Of a stretch of 24,000 nt of DNA, positions 5,408 through 14,761 are shown piece after piece; positions within the stretch are counted from its first letter, which is position 1, and every line of letters begins with the position of its first letter. The notes beneath the pieces were generated by a model that had not been told where the DNA came from, ran no database searches, and worked only from the letters and a program-made list of their open reading frames with translations. The stretch comes from an uncultured Gammaproteobacteria bacterium (lineage in GTDB: Bacteria > Pseudomonadota > Gammaproteobacteria > Enterobacterales > Alteromonadaceae): positions 352,809 through 376,808 of the forward strand of contig CALNXX010000005.1 of the NCBI GenBank assembly GCA_942490545.1, in the 5' to 3' direction. The position numbers and the translations under genes are program-made.

Positions 5408-7861
5408 ATGAAGACAAATCTATCTAGATTAAGTGCTATTACGGTAGCCTTAATTGGCGCATCCTGTTTCGCCCAAGCTGGCGAACTAACACCAGCAAAA
5501 AACTCTGGTGTGGACCAAAATGTTAGTATCGAAAAGAAATTGGAATTCGCAAGTTGGTATGCGGAGCAGCAGCGTGAGAAAAATGCAGCTGTTACGGACC
5601 AATTTATTGTTCGATTTAATAGCAACACCGCATTAAAACAATTGCAGTTAATGTCTTTAGGGACTGAGTCGTCATCTTTAGCGTCTGCAAAAGCTGGAGA
5701 TGTTTCGTCTGCTAAAGCACTAATGCGTTCTTTAAGTGCAAGTGCAGGTATGCCATTGTCCTTTGTTAAAGCGACTAAAGCTGGTGCTGCACTTATGAGA
5801 ATTTCTGTCACTAAATCCCTGACAGAAATTAATCATATCGCCAGAGCGCTTCAAGGAAATCAGAACATTTCTAGTGTTGAAGCGGATCCTCGTCGCTATC
5901 CTATGGCGCAAAATTCTCCTTGGGGATTAGCGGACGTGCAGGCTCAACTGTTGTCTGATTCTGCTGCTGGTAATACTACAGTTTGTATTATCGACTCTGG
6001 TTATGACATTAACAATCCGGACTTACCTTCAGGTTCTACAGTATCTGGTACTAACGATAGCGGTACAGGTAGTTGGAGCACCGCTGGCGGATCTCATGGT
6101 TCACATGTTGCAGGTACGATAGCTGCTATTAATAATACCGTGGGTGTGGAAGGTATTCTTCCTAATCAAAAAGTTAACTTGCATATCATTAAAGTGTTTA
6201 ATGAAAGTGGTTGGGCTTATAGTAGTAGTTTGGTTTCTGCTGTTGAGAAATGTCAGCAAGCTGGTGCCGATGTCGTTAACATGTCTTTGGGTGGTTCAGG
6301 CTCAACAACCGCTGAAGGTAACGGATTACAAGCTGTAGCTGATGCTAACGTTCTTCTAATCGCCGCCTCAGGTAACGATGGAAATTCTACTCACTCTTAT
6401 CCTGCATCATATGACGCTGTAATGGCTGTTGGTGCTGTTGATGAAAACAACCAGCATGCTGAATTCTCTCAGTTTACTAGTCAAGTTGAAGTGGTAGGCC
6501 CTGGTGAAGCAATTCTTTCAACAGTAGCAGGAGATGGACGCCAAGGTTTCATAAGCTATGGTTCTGTTTCTGTAGGTGATGACCGCGCTGCTCCACAAAC
6601 TCGTTTCACACCAAGTGGTACAAGCTTTGCTGTTGATAACATTAATGGCTCTGCTACGGGTGATTTAGCGGCTTGTAGTCGTTCAGGGGCCACTTATACA
6701 TGTGGCAATATGGCTGGGAAAATTTGTGTTGCAGAACGTGATGCTAACCAGGTTGGTAGCACTTATCCTGAAATCAATGCAGCAAAAGCCTGTACAGATG
6801 CAGGGGCCGCAGGTGTTATCGTATACAGTAATGCCGCGCGTCCTGGACTGCAAAAGCCATTCTTGGTTGATGCCGGTCTTGATGTAACCGTTCCTTATGT
6901 TTCTGTTAATAGAGCATTGGGACAACAGTTGGTAGCAGCTGCGGGCACTTCCGCTACTTTGGATGTATTGGGTAGCAGGAATTATGATTACTACAACGGC
7001 ACATCAATGGCAACACCACATGTTGCAGGTGTGGCAGCTTTGGCATGGAGTAATAACCCTACATGTACAGCTACTGAAGTACGTACCGCGCTGAAAGAAA
7101 CGGCAATTGATTTAGATACTGCTGGTCGTGATGATCGTACTGGTTATGGCTTAGTACAAGCTAAAGCGGCTTCTGACTATATGGCAGCAAACTGCGGTGG
7201 CACAGGTGGCGGTGGCGGAACTGGTGATAGTGTGTTGACAAAAGGCACTACTAAAACTGGTGTTGCAGGCGCATCTAAGACTAGTCAATTCTTTACTATT
7301 GATGTACCAGCTGGTGCAACAGACTTAAGCTTTAATTTGTCTGGTGGTACAGGTGATGCTGATTTGTATGTGAGTTTTGGTTCACAGCCAAGTACAAGCA
7401 CTTATGATTGCCGTTCATGGGCATCAGGTAATACTGAAAGTTGTTCTTTTGCAACTACTCAGGCTGGTACTTACCATGTATTAGTACATGCTTATAGTGC
7501 ATTCTCAGGTTCATCTCTTATTGCTGATTATACTGCTGCGAGTTCTGGTGGTGGCACAGGTGGTTCTTCTACCGTACCTAACCTTTCTGCAACTAAAAAT
7601 AACTGGTTGAATTATACACTTGATATTCCTGCTGGCATGGCAAGTTTGGATGTAGATATTACGGGTGGTACTGGAGATGCTGACTTGTATCTTCGTTTTG
7701 GTTCACAGCCAACTACATCAACTTATGATTGTCGTCCATATAAATCCGGTAATGAAGAAGTTTGTACAGTTACAAACCCTCAAGCCGGTATTTGGCACAT
7801 AGGAATTAGAGCTTATTCGACTTTCTCTGGTGTAACATTGAACGCAAGTTACCAACCATAG
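5408..7861 (+). CDS. Secreted subtilisin-family (S8) serine protease with signal peptide, N-terminal I9-type propeptide, PA-domain insertion and two C-terminal PPC (pre-peptidase C-terminal) domains
   Basis: Catalytic motifs CIIDSGYD (Asp), HGSHVAGTIAA (His), NMSLGG and GTSMATPHVAG (Ser). A PA-like segment (GKICVAERD...AGAAGVIVYSN) lies between His and Ser. Gly-rich linkers are followed by two paralogous modules of about 100 aa, each with GGTGDADLY...FGSQP..STYDCR. GAAGGA SD precedes the ATG. Confidence 0.9.
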   Translation: MKTNLSRLSAITVALIGASCFAQAGELTPAKNSGVDQNVSIEKKLEFASWYAEQQREKNAAVTDQFIVRFNSNTALKQLQLMSLGTESSSLASAKAGDVSSAKALMRSLSASAGMPLSFVKATKAGAALMRISVTKSLTEINHIARALQGNQNISSVEADPRRYPMAQNSPWGLADVQAQLLSDSAAGNTTVCIIDSGYDINNPDLPSGSTVSGTNDSGTGSWSTAGGSHGSHVAGTIAAINNTVGVEGILPNQKVNLHIIKVFNESGWAYSSSLVSAVEKCQQAGADVVNMSLGGSGSTTAEGNGLQAVADANVLLIAASGNDGNSTHSYPASYDAVMAVGAVDENNQHAEFSQFTSQVEVVGPGEAILSTVAGDGRQGFISYGSVSVGDDRAAPQTRFTPSGTSFAVDNINGSATGDLAACSRSGATYTCGNMAGKICVAERDANQVGSTYPEINAAKACTDAGAAGVIVYSNAARPGLQKPFLVDAGLDVTVPYVSVNRALGQQLVAAAGTSATLDVLGSRNYDYYNGTSMATPHVAGVAALAWSNNPTCTATEVRTALKETAIDLDTAGRDDRTGYGLVQAKAASDYMAANCGGTGGGGGTGDSVLTKGTTKTGVAGASKTSQFFTIDVPAGATDLSFNLSGGTGDADLYVSFGSQPSTSTYDCRSWASGNTESCSFATTQAGTYHVLVHAYSAFSGSSLIADYTAASSGGGTGGSSTVPNLSATKNNWLNYTLDIPAGMASLDVDITGGTGDADLYLRFGSQPTTSTYDCRPYKSGNEEVCTVTNPQAGIWHIGIRAYSTFSGVTLNASYQP

Positions 7862-7902
7862 AAATAGAATGAAAGCTTGTAAATAAGCTTCATGATAATT
7901 AG

Positions 7903-7928
7903 AAACCAGGCTTTTGCCTGGTTTTTTT
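7903..7928 (+). terminator. Rho-independent terminator of the protease gene
   Basis: AAACCAGGC-tttt-GCCTGGTTT followed by a T7 run. A second weaker hairpin (AACTG-attat-CAGTT plus T-rich tail) lies at 7931-7955. Confidence 0.8.
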
Positions 7929-8476
7929 ATAACTGATTATCAGTTTTTATTTTGTCATTTTTACCTTCAACATAATGATTTGAATAGCTTATTCAAACTA
8001 TGTCTTCTGTTTCCTATTCTGAAAAAACGGCATATAACTCAAATTTTTTATAGGATGAAAAACCGTTTGTTAATTAAGGTTTTTAATGAGTAATGAAAAA
8101 TCAAATTGTTGTGTCAGAATTTACAGCTTTAATTATTGATAATACTTTTGAATTGGTATTGTTAGTTAAATAAATTGATGTTTAATATTTTTCTTCTTTC
8201 CAATGTTTTACTTTGATTGATTAGCTTAATATTTCTTAAAAAACAGAGGTAATTGTTTGGTTTTAAAAGTTGTTAGAAAAATAACAATGTAACCATGAGT
8301 GGGGCATTTATTCTCTGAATTCGGGAGTAGTAAAAATAAAACATTTTTGAAGGTGTTGTTTTGTATTTTATTGGTAAGAGTACTGATAATGCTTAACGAG
8401 GAATTTTCGAAAAAGAGACGACAGAAAAACCTTGTTCATCTCTTTAGATGGTATTTAGGCAATTGAAACTGCTATG

Positions 8477-9235
8477 TTAAAACGGTTTGGATATTTTGTG
8501 CACACAGTTGGTTAGATCGGCTGCGTGGGTGTCTAAATAAAAATGTCCAGCATCTAACATGTTTAATTTAATGGGTTTAGCGAAACAGCTTTGCCACAGT
8601 TCAAGATCGTTTTCTGGAATGTTGGCGTCTTCTGTACCTCCAAATACTGTGGCAGGGCAGGTGAGTGGAGTACGGTCATCGGGATTGTATTGCTCGACAA
8701 TTCCTATATCTGCACGAAGAATAGGCATAAGCAATTCCAACAATTCTTTATTTGCAGCAATATCAGGATGTAATCCGCCTAATTTATCAAGCTTTTGTGT
8801 AAATTCTTCATCATTTAATGTGGTCCAATCCGTCATTGATTTTAGATGAGGAGCTTTTCTGGCAGATGCAATAAAATGCACTGGCATGGTTTTACTTTGG
8901 CTTTTGAGCTTGTGAAGAAACTCAAAAGCAACCAGTGCACCAAGGCTATGGCCGAATAAAATATAGGGTTTGTCGAGGAATTGATTAAATTGCCGCCAAG
9001 CATCATCAACCAATTCCTCCATTGTCATTGCTAACTTATCCTGAAATCGTCCAGCTCTTCCTGGTGGAGTGTATGCTAGTACCTCGACATTTTTGTCGAG
9101 GTGAGACTTCCAAGGATGATAAACACCGGCATTACCTCCCGCAAAAGGAAAGGCAATCACTCTCACGTTTGAAGGTGAAGAGTCATCACTAGATAAGCGA
9201 GTTATTGCCGGATTGTTTATTAGTAAGTTATGCAA
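8477..9235 (-). CDS. Type II (stand-alone) thioesterase, alpha/beta hydrolase, PF00975-like
   Basis: Motifs FPFAGG, PGR, the nucleophile elbow GHSLGA and a C-terminal DAGHFYL His motif, in the order typical of NRPS/PKS editing thioesterases. No synthase gene is in the window. Confidence 0.8.
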   Translation of the reverse strand: MHNLLINNPAITRLSSDDSSPSNVRVIAFPFAGGNAGVYHPWKSHLDKNVEVLAYTPPGRAGRFQDKLAMTMEELVDDAWRQFNQFLDKPYILFGHSLGALVAFEFLHKLKSQSKTMPVHFIASARKAPHLKSMTDWTTLNDEEFTQKLDKLGGLHPDIAANKELLELLMPILRADIGIVEQYNPDDRTPLTCPATVFGGTEDANIPENDLELWQSCFAKPIKLNMLDAGHFYLDTHAADLTNCVHKISKPF

Positions 9236-9250
9236 TTCAAAATTCCTGGG

Positions 9251-9413
9251 CTAAGTTAAAAGTCTGCAACAAAGAACAAAACGTGTGTATGACAAAGCCC
9301 TGTTGTTACAGATAGGGCAAAGCTTGTAAGTCATTTCTACTGCGTTAGAGTCTAATTATGTAGATAACTACGCCGGATAGACTCTGCCTTGTATTAACAA
9401 CCTACAGACTACG
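9251..9413 (+). repeat. Dispersed intergenic repeat, copy B (longest, apparently most complete, about 165 bp)
   Basis: It contains both the left arm shared with inverted copy C (ctaagttaaaagtctgcaacaaagaacaaaacgtgtgtatg) and the right arm shared with copies A, D and E (gatagggcaaagcttgtaagtcatttctactgcgttagagtctaattat...gccttgtatt...ctacagac). Confidence 0.7.
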
Positions 9414-9447
9414 GCAAAATTGACCTCGAAAGCTCAACATGCCCTTA

Positions 9448-10845
9448 TTAATAATTCGCACTTCCGGTCGCTCTTGGAAATGGAATAACATCCCTTACGT
9501 TTTGAACACCGGTAACGTAAGCAACTAAACGTTCAAATCCCAACCCGAACCCTGAATGAGGAACAGTGCCGTAACGTCTTAAATCTCGATACCAGCCATA
9601 ATCTTCAGGATTAAGATTCATTTCATTCATGCGCTTATCTAGCACATCCAACCTTTCTTCACGTTGAGAACCACCAATAATCTCACCAATTCCCGGAGCA
9701 AGAACATCAAGGCATGCGACGGTTTTGTTATCTTCATTCATGCGCATATAAAAAGATTTAATATCTTTAGGGTAGTTTTGCATGATAATTGGTGCGCCAA
9801 CATGTTCTTCGGCTAGGTAGCGTTCGTGTTCTGACGCAAGGTCAATTCCCCATTCAACCGGGAACTCAAACTTTTTACCGCTATTTAGTAAAATATCGAT
9901 GGCGTCGGTGTAGTCCATTCGAACAAAGTCCTGATCAATGACTTGTTTAAGCCTACTGACCACTTCTTTATTGACTCGTTGTTCAAAGAAGGCCATATCA
10001 TCAGGTCTTTCTTCTAAAACGGCTTTGAACACATACTTAAGCATGTCTTCGGATAATTGGGCGATGTCTGCTAAATCTGCAAAAGCCACTTCTGGTTCTA
10101 TCATCCAGAATTCTGCTAAATGGCGACTAGTATTTGAATTTTCGGCTCTGAACGTAGGTCCAAAGGTGTAAACCTTTGACATGGCACAGCAAAAGCTCTC
10201 CACATTAAGTTGCCCAGATACAGTCAAAAAGGTCTCTTTACCAAAAAAGTCTTGGCTGTAATCAACTTCACCTTTATCTGTTTTGGGTATATTTTGCATG
10301 TCTAGAGTCGATACTCTGAACATTTCCCCTGCGCCTTCGGTATCGCTGGCCGTAATAATAGGGGTACTTATCCACATGTAGCCTTGTTCGTGAAAAAAGC
10401 GGTGAATTGCTTGAGATAAGCAATTACGAACACGGGTTACTGCGCCGATAATATTTGTTCTAGGACGAAGGTGGGCATGTTCACGTAAGTATTCAATGCT
10501 ATGACGCTTAGCAGCCATAGGATAGGTATCAGGATTTTCAACCCAACCTAATATTTCCACATTATTCGCATCTATTTCTAACGCTTGGCCTTTACCTTCG
10601 GAAGCTTTCACTGTTCCTGTAACAGAGACAGAACAGGCAGTCGTGAGTTTTTGGATATCTTCATAATTTGATAAAGTATTTAACGCAATAGCTTGTACCG
10701 GATCAAAACAACTTCCGTCATGAACAGCAATAAAAGATAGACCCGCTTTCGAGTCTCGACGGGATCTAACCCATCCTTTTACAACGATTGTTTCGCCTAT
10801 GGCGTATTTTCCAGATAATACTTCAGCGACAGTGGCGTGAGCCAT
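9448..10845 (-). CDS. asnS: Asparagine--tRNA ligase
   Basis: 465 aa. An N-terminal OB-fold region ([24 protein letters not shown]) is followed by class IIb synthetase motifs ([38 protein letters not shown]). Confidence 0.95.
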   Translation of the reverse strand: MAHATVAEVLSGKYAIGETIVVKGWVRSRRDSKAGLSFIAVHDGSCFDPVQAIALNTLSNYEDIQKLTTACSVSVTGTVKASEGKGQALEIDANNVEILGWVENPDTYPMAAKRHSIEYLREHAHLRPRTNIIGAVTRVRNCLSQAIHRFFHEQGYMWISTPIITASDTEGAGEMFRVSTLDMQNIPKTDKGEVDYSQDFFGKETFLTVSGQLNVESFCCAMSKVYTFGPTFRAENSNTSRHLAEFWMIEPEVAFADLADIAQLSEDMLKYVFKAVLEERPDDMAFFEQRVNKEVVSRLKQVIDQDFVRMDYTDAIDILLNSGKKFEFPVEWGIDLASEHERYLAEEHVGAPIIMQNYPKDIKSFYMRMNEDNKTVACLDVLAPGIGEIIGGSQREERLDVLDKRMNEMNLNPEDYGWYRDLRRYGTVPHSGFGLGFERLVAYVTGVQNVRDVIPFPRATGSANY

Positions 10846-11149
10846 TCAATGCTCCAATTTTAAGTTATACCGGCTCTTCCTAATTGGTGGCCAGATTGTG
10901 ACAAGAAATGCTGTAATCTTACTTACCCAGAGAGAAGAAACAAGAAAAAATCCATGGGTTTTGGAAGTATTTGCTATGAAACCGTGAAAAAAGGCGTTTT
11001 GAGTGGGGCAAGTAGATGAAATGGTGCTTGGTGAAGAGGATTGCTAACCTTACCAAACTGAACTAAACCCAAGCTAGCGAGTAAGGTTAGTGACTAAAAT
11101 GACGCTTATTAGGTTCAATTTGAACCAACCTTGAAAATATCGCCTTGCT

Positions 11150-12427
11150 TTAGGCCTTATCCAAGATGCGTAAAGTGTCGAAAATAGCGTTAGTTAACAC
11201 CTGTAGTTCTTCCTGACCGATTGTGTAAGGAGGCATTAAGTAAATGAGCTTTCCAAATGGGCGAATCCATGCACCTTTTTGCACAAAATGCTTTTGAAGC
11301 GTGGCAATGTCAAAAGCACTTTTGGTTTCAACAACGCCAATTGCACCCAATACCCGCACGTCCTCTACGCAATCCAATGCTTTGTTTTTCTCTAAATCAT
11401 TGGCAAGTTGTAAGCTTATTTGCTCAACTTGATTACGCCAATTGCCATTAGCCAGTAAAGCAAGGTTTGCGTTGGCAACTGCACAAGCAAGGGGGTTACC
11501 CATAAAGGTAGGCCCATGCATAAATACACCGGGTTCGCCCTGACATACTCCCATGGCAACATCTTCAGTACATAAGGTTGCAGCTAAGGTCATATAACCA
11601 CCTGTTAATGCTTTACCCAGGCACATAATGTCTGGTGTAATATCCCCATGCTGGCAGGCGAATAATTCCCCTGTTCGTCCAAAACCGGTCGCTATTTCGT
11701 CTACTATGAGCAAAACATTGTATTGATCACATAACTGACGGCAGCGTTTTAAATAGTTGGGGTGGTAAAAACGCATACCACCTGCGCCTTGAACAATAGG
11801 CTCTAAAATAATGGCTGCGACTTCATGGTGGTGTCGTTGTAATAATTCATCCAGAACCAGCATTTCATCTTCGTTCCAAAGCGCATCAAATTGCGTTTGG
11901 GGGGCTGGTGCAAAAATTTGTTCAGGCAAGACTTTTTTAAACAGGCTATGCATGCCATTTATCGGATCACATACAGACATGGCACCCAGTGTATCGCCAT
12001 GATAACCATTTCGTGGAGCGATAAATTTACTTTTGTTTTCGCTTCCCTGACAAGCCCAATATTGCACGGCCAATTTCATCGCGACTTCTACAGCAACCGA
12101 GCCAGAGTCAGCCAAAAATACTCTTTCTAATCCTTCAGGTGTCCACTCAACCAATGTTTTGCATAGCTCAATAGCTGGCTCGTGAGTTAAGCCCCCAAAC
12201 ATAACGTGGGACATATTACTCAGTTGGTTATGTACAGCATCGTTAAGAGCGGGGTGGTTGTAGCCATGAATGGCGGACCACCAAGAAGACATGCCATCAA
12301 CTAATTTATGACCATTTTCTAAATGTATGTAAACACCATCAGCTTTTGACACCGGATAACAAGGGAGAGGGTTAATGGATGAGGTATATGGGTGCCAAAT
12401 GTGTTTTTGATCGAACTGAATGTTCAT
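11150..12427 (-). CDS. bioA: Adenosylmethionine-8-amino-7-oxononanoate aminotransferase
   Basis: Class III aminotransferase motifs (HPYTS, WWSAIHGYNHP, DEIATGFGRTG, and the PLP lysine in MCLGKALTGG), divergent from bioB. Start set at MNIQFDQKHIWHPY (12427). The ORF-track start at 12505 would run through the BirA operator. Confidence 0.92.
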   Translation of the reverse strand: MNIQFDQKHIWHPYTSSINPLPCYPVSKADGVYIHLENGHKLVDGMSSWWSAIHGYNHPALNDAVHNQLSNMSHVMFGGLTHEPAIELCKTLVEWTPEGLERVFLADSGSVAVEVAMKLAVQYWACQGSENKSKFIAPRNGYHGDTLGAMSVCDPINGMHSLFKKVLPEQIFAPAPQTQFDALWNEDEMLVLDELLQRHHHEVAAIILEPIVQGAGGMRFYHPNYLKRCRQLCDQYNVLLIVDEIATGFGRTGELFACQHGDITPDIMCLGKALTGGYMTLAATLCTEDVAMGVCQGEPGVFMHGPTFMGNPLACAVANANLALLANGNWRNQVEQISLQLANDLEKNKALDCVEDVRVLGAIGVVETKSAFDIATLQKHFVQKGAWIRPFGKLIYLMPPYTIGQEELQVLTNAIFDTLRILDKA

Positions 12428-12444
12428 GATTAAATAATAACCTA

Positions 12445-12478
12445 TTGTAAACCTTTTGGTTTGCGGTGTGGTTGACAA
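12445..12478. promoter_or_regulatory. BirA operator (bioO) in the divergent bioA/bioB control region, overlapping a likely bioB promoter
   Basis: TTGTAAACC-N16-GGTTGACAA has the same 9-16-9 architecture as E. coli bioO (TTGTAAACC-N16-GGTTTACAA), with one mismatch. The right half contains TTGACA (12472-12477), and TAGACT lies 16 nt downstream as a possible -10. Confidence 0.85.
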
Positions 12479-12535
12479 GACTTGGTGGACCAATAGACTA
12501 GGCAAGCAAAAGTCAATTGTAAAGGATAAAGATAC

Positions 12536-13579
12536 ATGTCTGCCTCAGTACGCCATGATTGGACCGTAGAAGAAGTTAATCAATTATTAGCCAAGCCATT
12601 TAACGATTTGCTTTTTGAAGCGCAGACTATCCATCGTCAAAATTTTGATCCAAATGAAGTCCAGGTAAGCACCTTGCTTTCGATAAAAACCGGGGCTTGT
12701 CCGGAAGACTGCAAGTATTGTCCCCAAAGTGCTCGATATGATACCGGATTGGAACGAGAAAAGTTGATGGAAGTAGAGCAGGTTTTAGAGCGTGCTAAAG
12801 ATGCTAAAAAAACGGGTTCCACTCGTTTTTGCATGGGCGCAGCCTGGAGAAATCCAAAAGCACGAGACATGCCATATCTCGTTCAAATGGTTGAAGGTGT
12901 AAAAGCTCTTGGCTTGGAAACTTGCATGACGCTGGGCATGTTAACGCGGGATCAAGCGTTAGAACTAAAACAATCGGGATTGGATTACTACAATCATAAC
13001 CTTGATACGTCCCCAGAATTTTACGGCGATATTATTACTACACGTACCTATCAAGACCGCATAGACACGTTAAAGCATGTTCGTGATTCAGGCATGAATG
13101 TTTGCTCGGGTGGCATTGTCGGTATGGGGGAAAGTGTGTCTGATAGAGCTGGATTACTAGTTCAGTTGGCTAATTTGGAACAGCAACCGGAAAGTGTACC
13201 TATTAATATGTTGGTGAAAGTCGAGGGTACACCTTTAGATGAGCAAGAAGATTTGGATGCATTTGATTTCATTCGAACCATTGCGGTAGCAAGAATTATG
13301 ATGCCTAAATCTCATGTGCGCCTTTCCGCTGGACGAGAAGAAATGAATGAACAAACCCAAGCGCTGTGTTTTATGGCCGGGGCCAATTCAATTTTTTACG
13401 GTTGTAAATTGCTAACCACTTCCAATCCTGATGCTGATGAAGATGTACAACTGTTTCGCAAGCTTGGAATCAATCCAGAAAAAACGCGAGACTATTCTGA
13501 TGAAGCGCATGAATCCGTGCTAATGGATGCTTTACAGGATAAAACGGAGGAAAGCTTATTCCATAATGCAGCCAGTTAA
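12536..13579 (+). CDS. bioB: Biotin synthase (radical SAM)
   Basis: [11 protein letters not shown] radical-SAM cluster motif. 347 aa, full-length collinear with BioB. Confidence 0.95.
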   Translation: MSASVRHDWTVEEVNQLLAKPFNDLLFEAQTIHRQNFDPNEVQVSTLLSIKTGACPEDCKYCPQSARYDTGLEREKLMEVEQVLERAKDAKKTGSTRFCMGAAWRNPKARDMPYLVQMVEGVKALGLETCMTLGMLTRDQALELKQSGLDYYNHNLDTSPEFYGDIITTRTYQDRIDTLKHVRDSGMNVCSGGIVGMGESVSDRAGLLVQLANLEQQPESVPINMLVKVEGTPLDEQEDLDAFDFIRTIAVARIMMPKSHVRLSAGREEMNEQTQALCFMAGANSIFYGCKLLTTSNPDADEDVQLFRKLGINPEKTRDYSDEAHESVLMDALQDKTEESLFHNAAS

Positions 13580-13594
13580 CCGGTTTCCGCATTT

Positions 13595-14746
13595 ATGTCA
13601 TTTGAATTTATCCAGAGCACTTTAAAGCAACGACAAGAGCAAGGCTTGTTTCGTCAGGAGCGAGTTGTTCAAAATTACCATCAACAGTTTGTCGTGGTTG
13701 ATGGTAAGCAATACCTCAACTTTTCAAGTAATGATTATCTGGGGCTAGCACAAGCTGAAAAGTTTGACTGCAAACCGGCATTACCAATGGGAAGCGGTGG
13801 TTCGCCACTAGTTACCGGCTTTTCCCTTCAACATCAGCGATTATGCGACTTTCTGGCTGAGCAATTGGGCCGAGAAGCAGTATTACTTTGTAGTTCAGGG
13901 TTTGCAGCAAATGCCGGCATTTGCCAAGCATTTGGGCAAGAATCTAAGGTTCACTTTATTGCCGATAAGCTTGCACATGCTTCCATAATGGAAGGGGCAT
14001 TCAACAAGCATTCGAATTTCTTAAGGTTCAGACATAATAATTTAGAACACCTTGAAGCCCAGATTCAAAAAGCTTCAGGGGATGTGATGGTGATGACCGA
14101 AGGTGTGTTTAGCATGGACGGTGACGTACCACCAATACCCGCCCTTGTTGAGAAGTGTCATCAATATAATTGTTGGCTAAGCCTTGATGATGCCCATGGA
14201 TTTGGTGTGTTGGGCGATTCGGGAATGGGAACCATTGAAGAATATGGACTAACGCAGCAACAAGCCCCGGTGCTAATGGGAACATTTGGTAAAGCGATTG
14301 GAACGGGTGGGGCGTTTGTAGCGGGAAGCGCAGCATTAATTGATTATTTGAAAAACTTTTCTCGGCACTACATTTATAGCACCGCTTTTTCCCCTCTCCA
14401 TGCAGACATGACATTACAAAATATTAAGCGATGCCAAAAAGAGAAATGGCGCAGAGAAAAACTCAACAGTAATATTGCATGCTTTAAAGCAAATATGACA
14501 CAAGTGTCGGATAAACTACTCCCTTCAAATACGCCGATTCAGCCCATTATTATCGGCGACCCCGAGAAGGCTTTGGCAATGGAAAAGCGGCTGCATGAAA
14601 CCGGGTTTTGGGTGAAAGCTATTCGGTACCCAACAGTGCCTAAGCAAACCGATAGAATTCGAATTACACTATCTGCTTTGCATGAGTCAGAGGACATAAA
14701 AAGGTTAACGTTGATAATAAAAAAATTGCTAAGCGAATTTGCATAG
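13595..14746 (+). CDS. bioF: 8-amino-7-oxononanoate synthase
   Basis: 383 aa. Alpha-oxoamine synthase motifs (NFSSNDYLGL, DDAHGFGVLG, the PLP lysine in GTFGKA), positioned between bioB and bioC. Confidence 0.92.
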   Translation: MSFEFIQSTLKQRQEQGLFRQERVVQNYHQQFVVVDGKQYLNFSSNDYLGLAQAEKFDCKPALPMGSGGSPLVTGFSLQHQRLCDFLAEQLGREAVLLCSSGFAANAGICQAFGQESKVHFIADKLAHASIMEGAFNKHSNFLRFRHNNLEHLEAQIQKASGDVMVMTEGVFSMDGDVPPIPALVEKCHQYNCWLSLDDAHGFGVLGDSGMGTIEEYGLTQQQAPVLMGTFGKAIGTGGAFVAGSAALIDYLKNFSRHYIYSTAFSPLHADMTLQNIKRCQKEKWRREKLNSNIACFKANMTQVSDKLLPSNTPIQPIIIGDPEKALAMEKRLHETGFWVKAIRYPTVPKQTDRIRITLSALHESEDIKRLTLIIKKLLSEFA

Positions 14747-14761
14747 AAAAGGTAGTAAAGA

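Noticed and set aside
5194-5811. 205-aa minus-strand ORF
   Set aside because: It is antisense to the well-supported subtilase 5' end and extends into AT-rich non-coding DNA. Its composition is low-complexity and mirror-frame, and it has no SD. It is a typical shadow ORF.
4457-7861. Lantibiotic-style precursor plus LanP-like subtilase (RiPP cluster)
   Set aside because: No modification enzyme, ABC transporter or immunity genes are present. The peptide uses a Sec signal peptide rather than a RiPP leader. The protease has typical nutritional/extracellular architecture (I9, PA, 2x PPC).
31-9413. Interpretation of the repeats as integron attC sites or a gene-cassette array
   Set aside because: The copies lack conserved RYYYAAC ... 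GTTRRRY core pairs; GTTAAGT appears in one copy, but the others have GTTATAT or GTTACAG. There is no imperfect internal dyad of attC type. No intI is in the window, gene orientations are mixed, and one copy is inverted.
11150-12505. Longer bioA start (MPSLLVHQ...) given by the ORF track
   Set aside because: The 26-codon extension would be translated through the BirA operator and the bioB promoter. Homology to BioA begins at MNIQFDQKHIWHPY.
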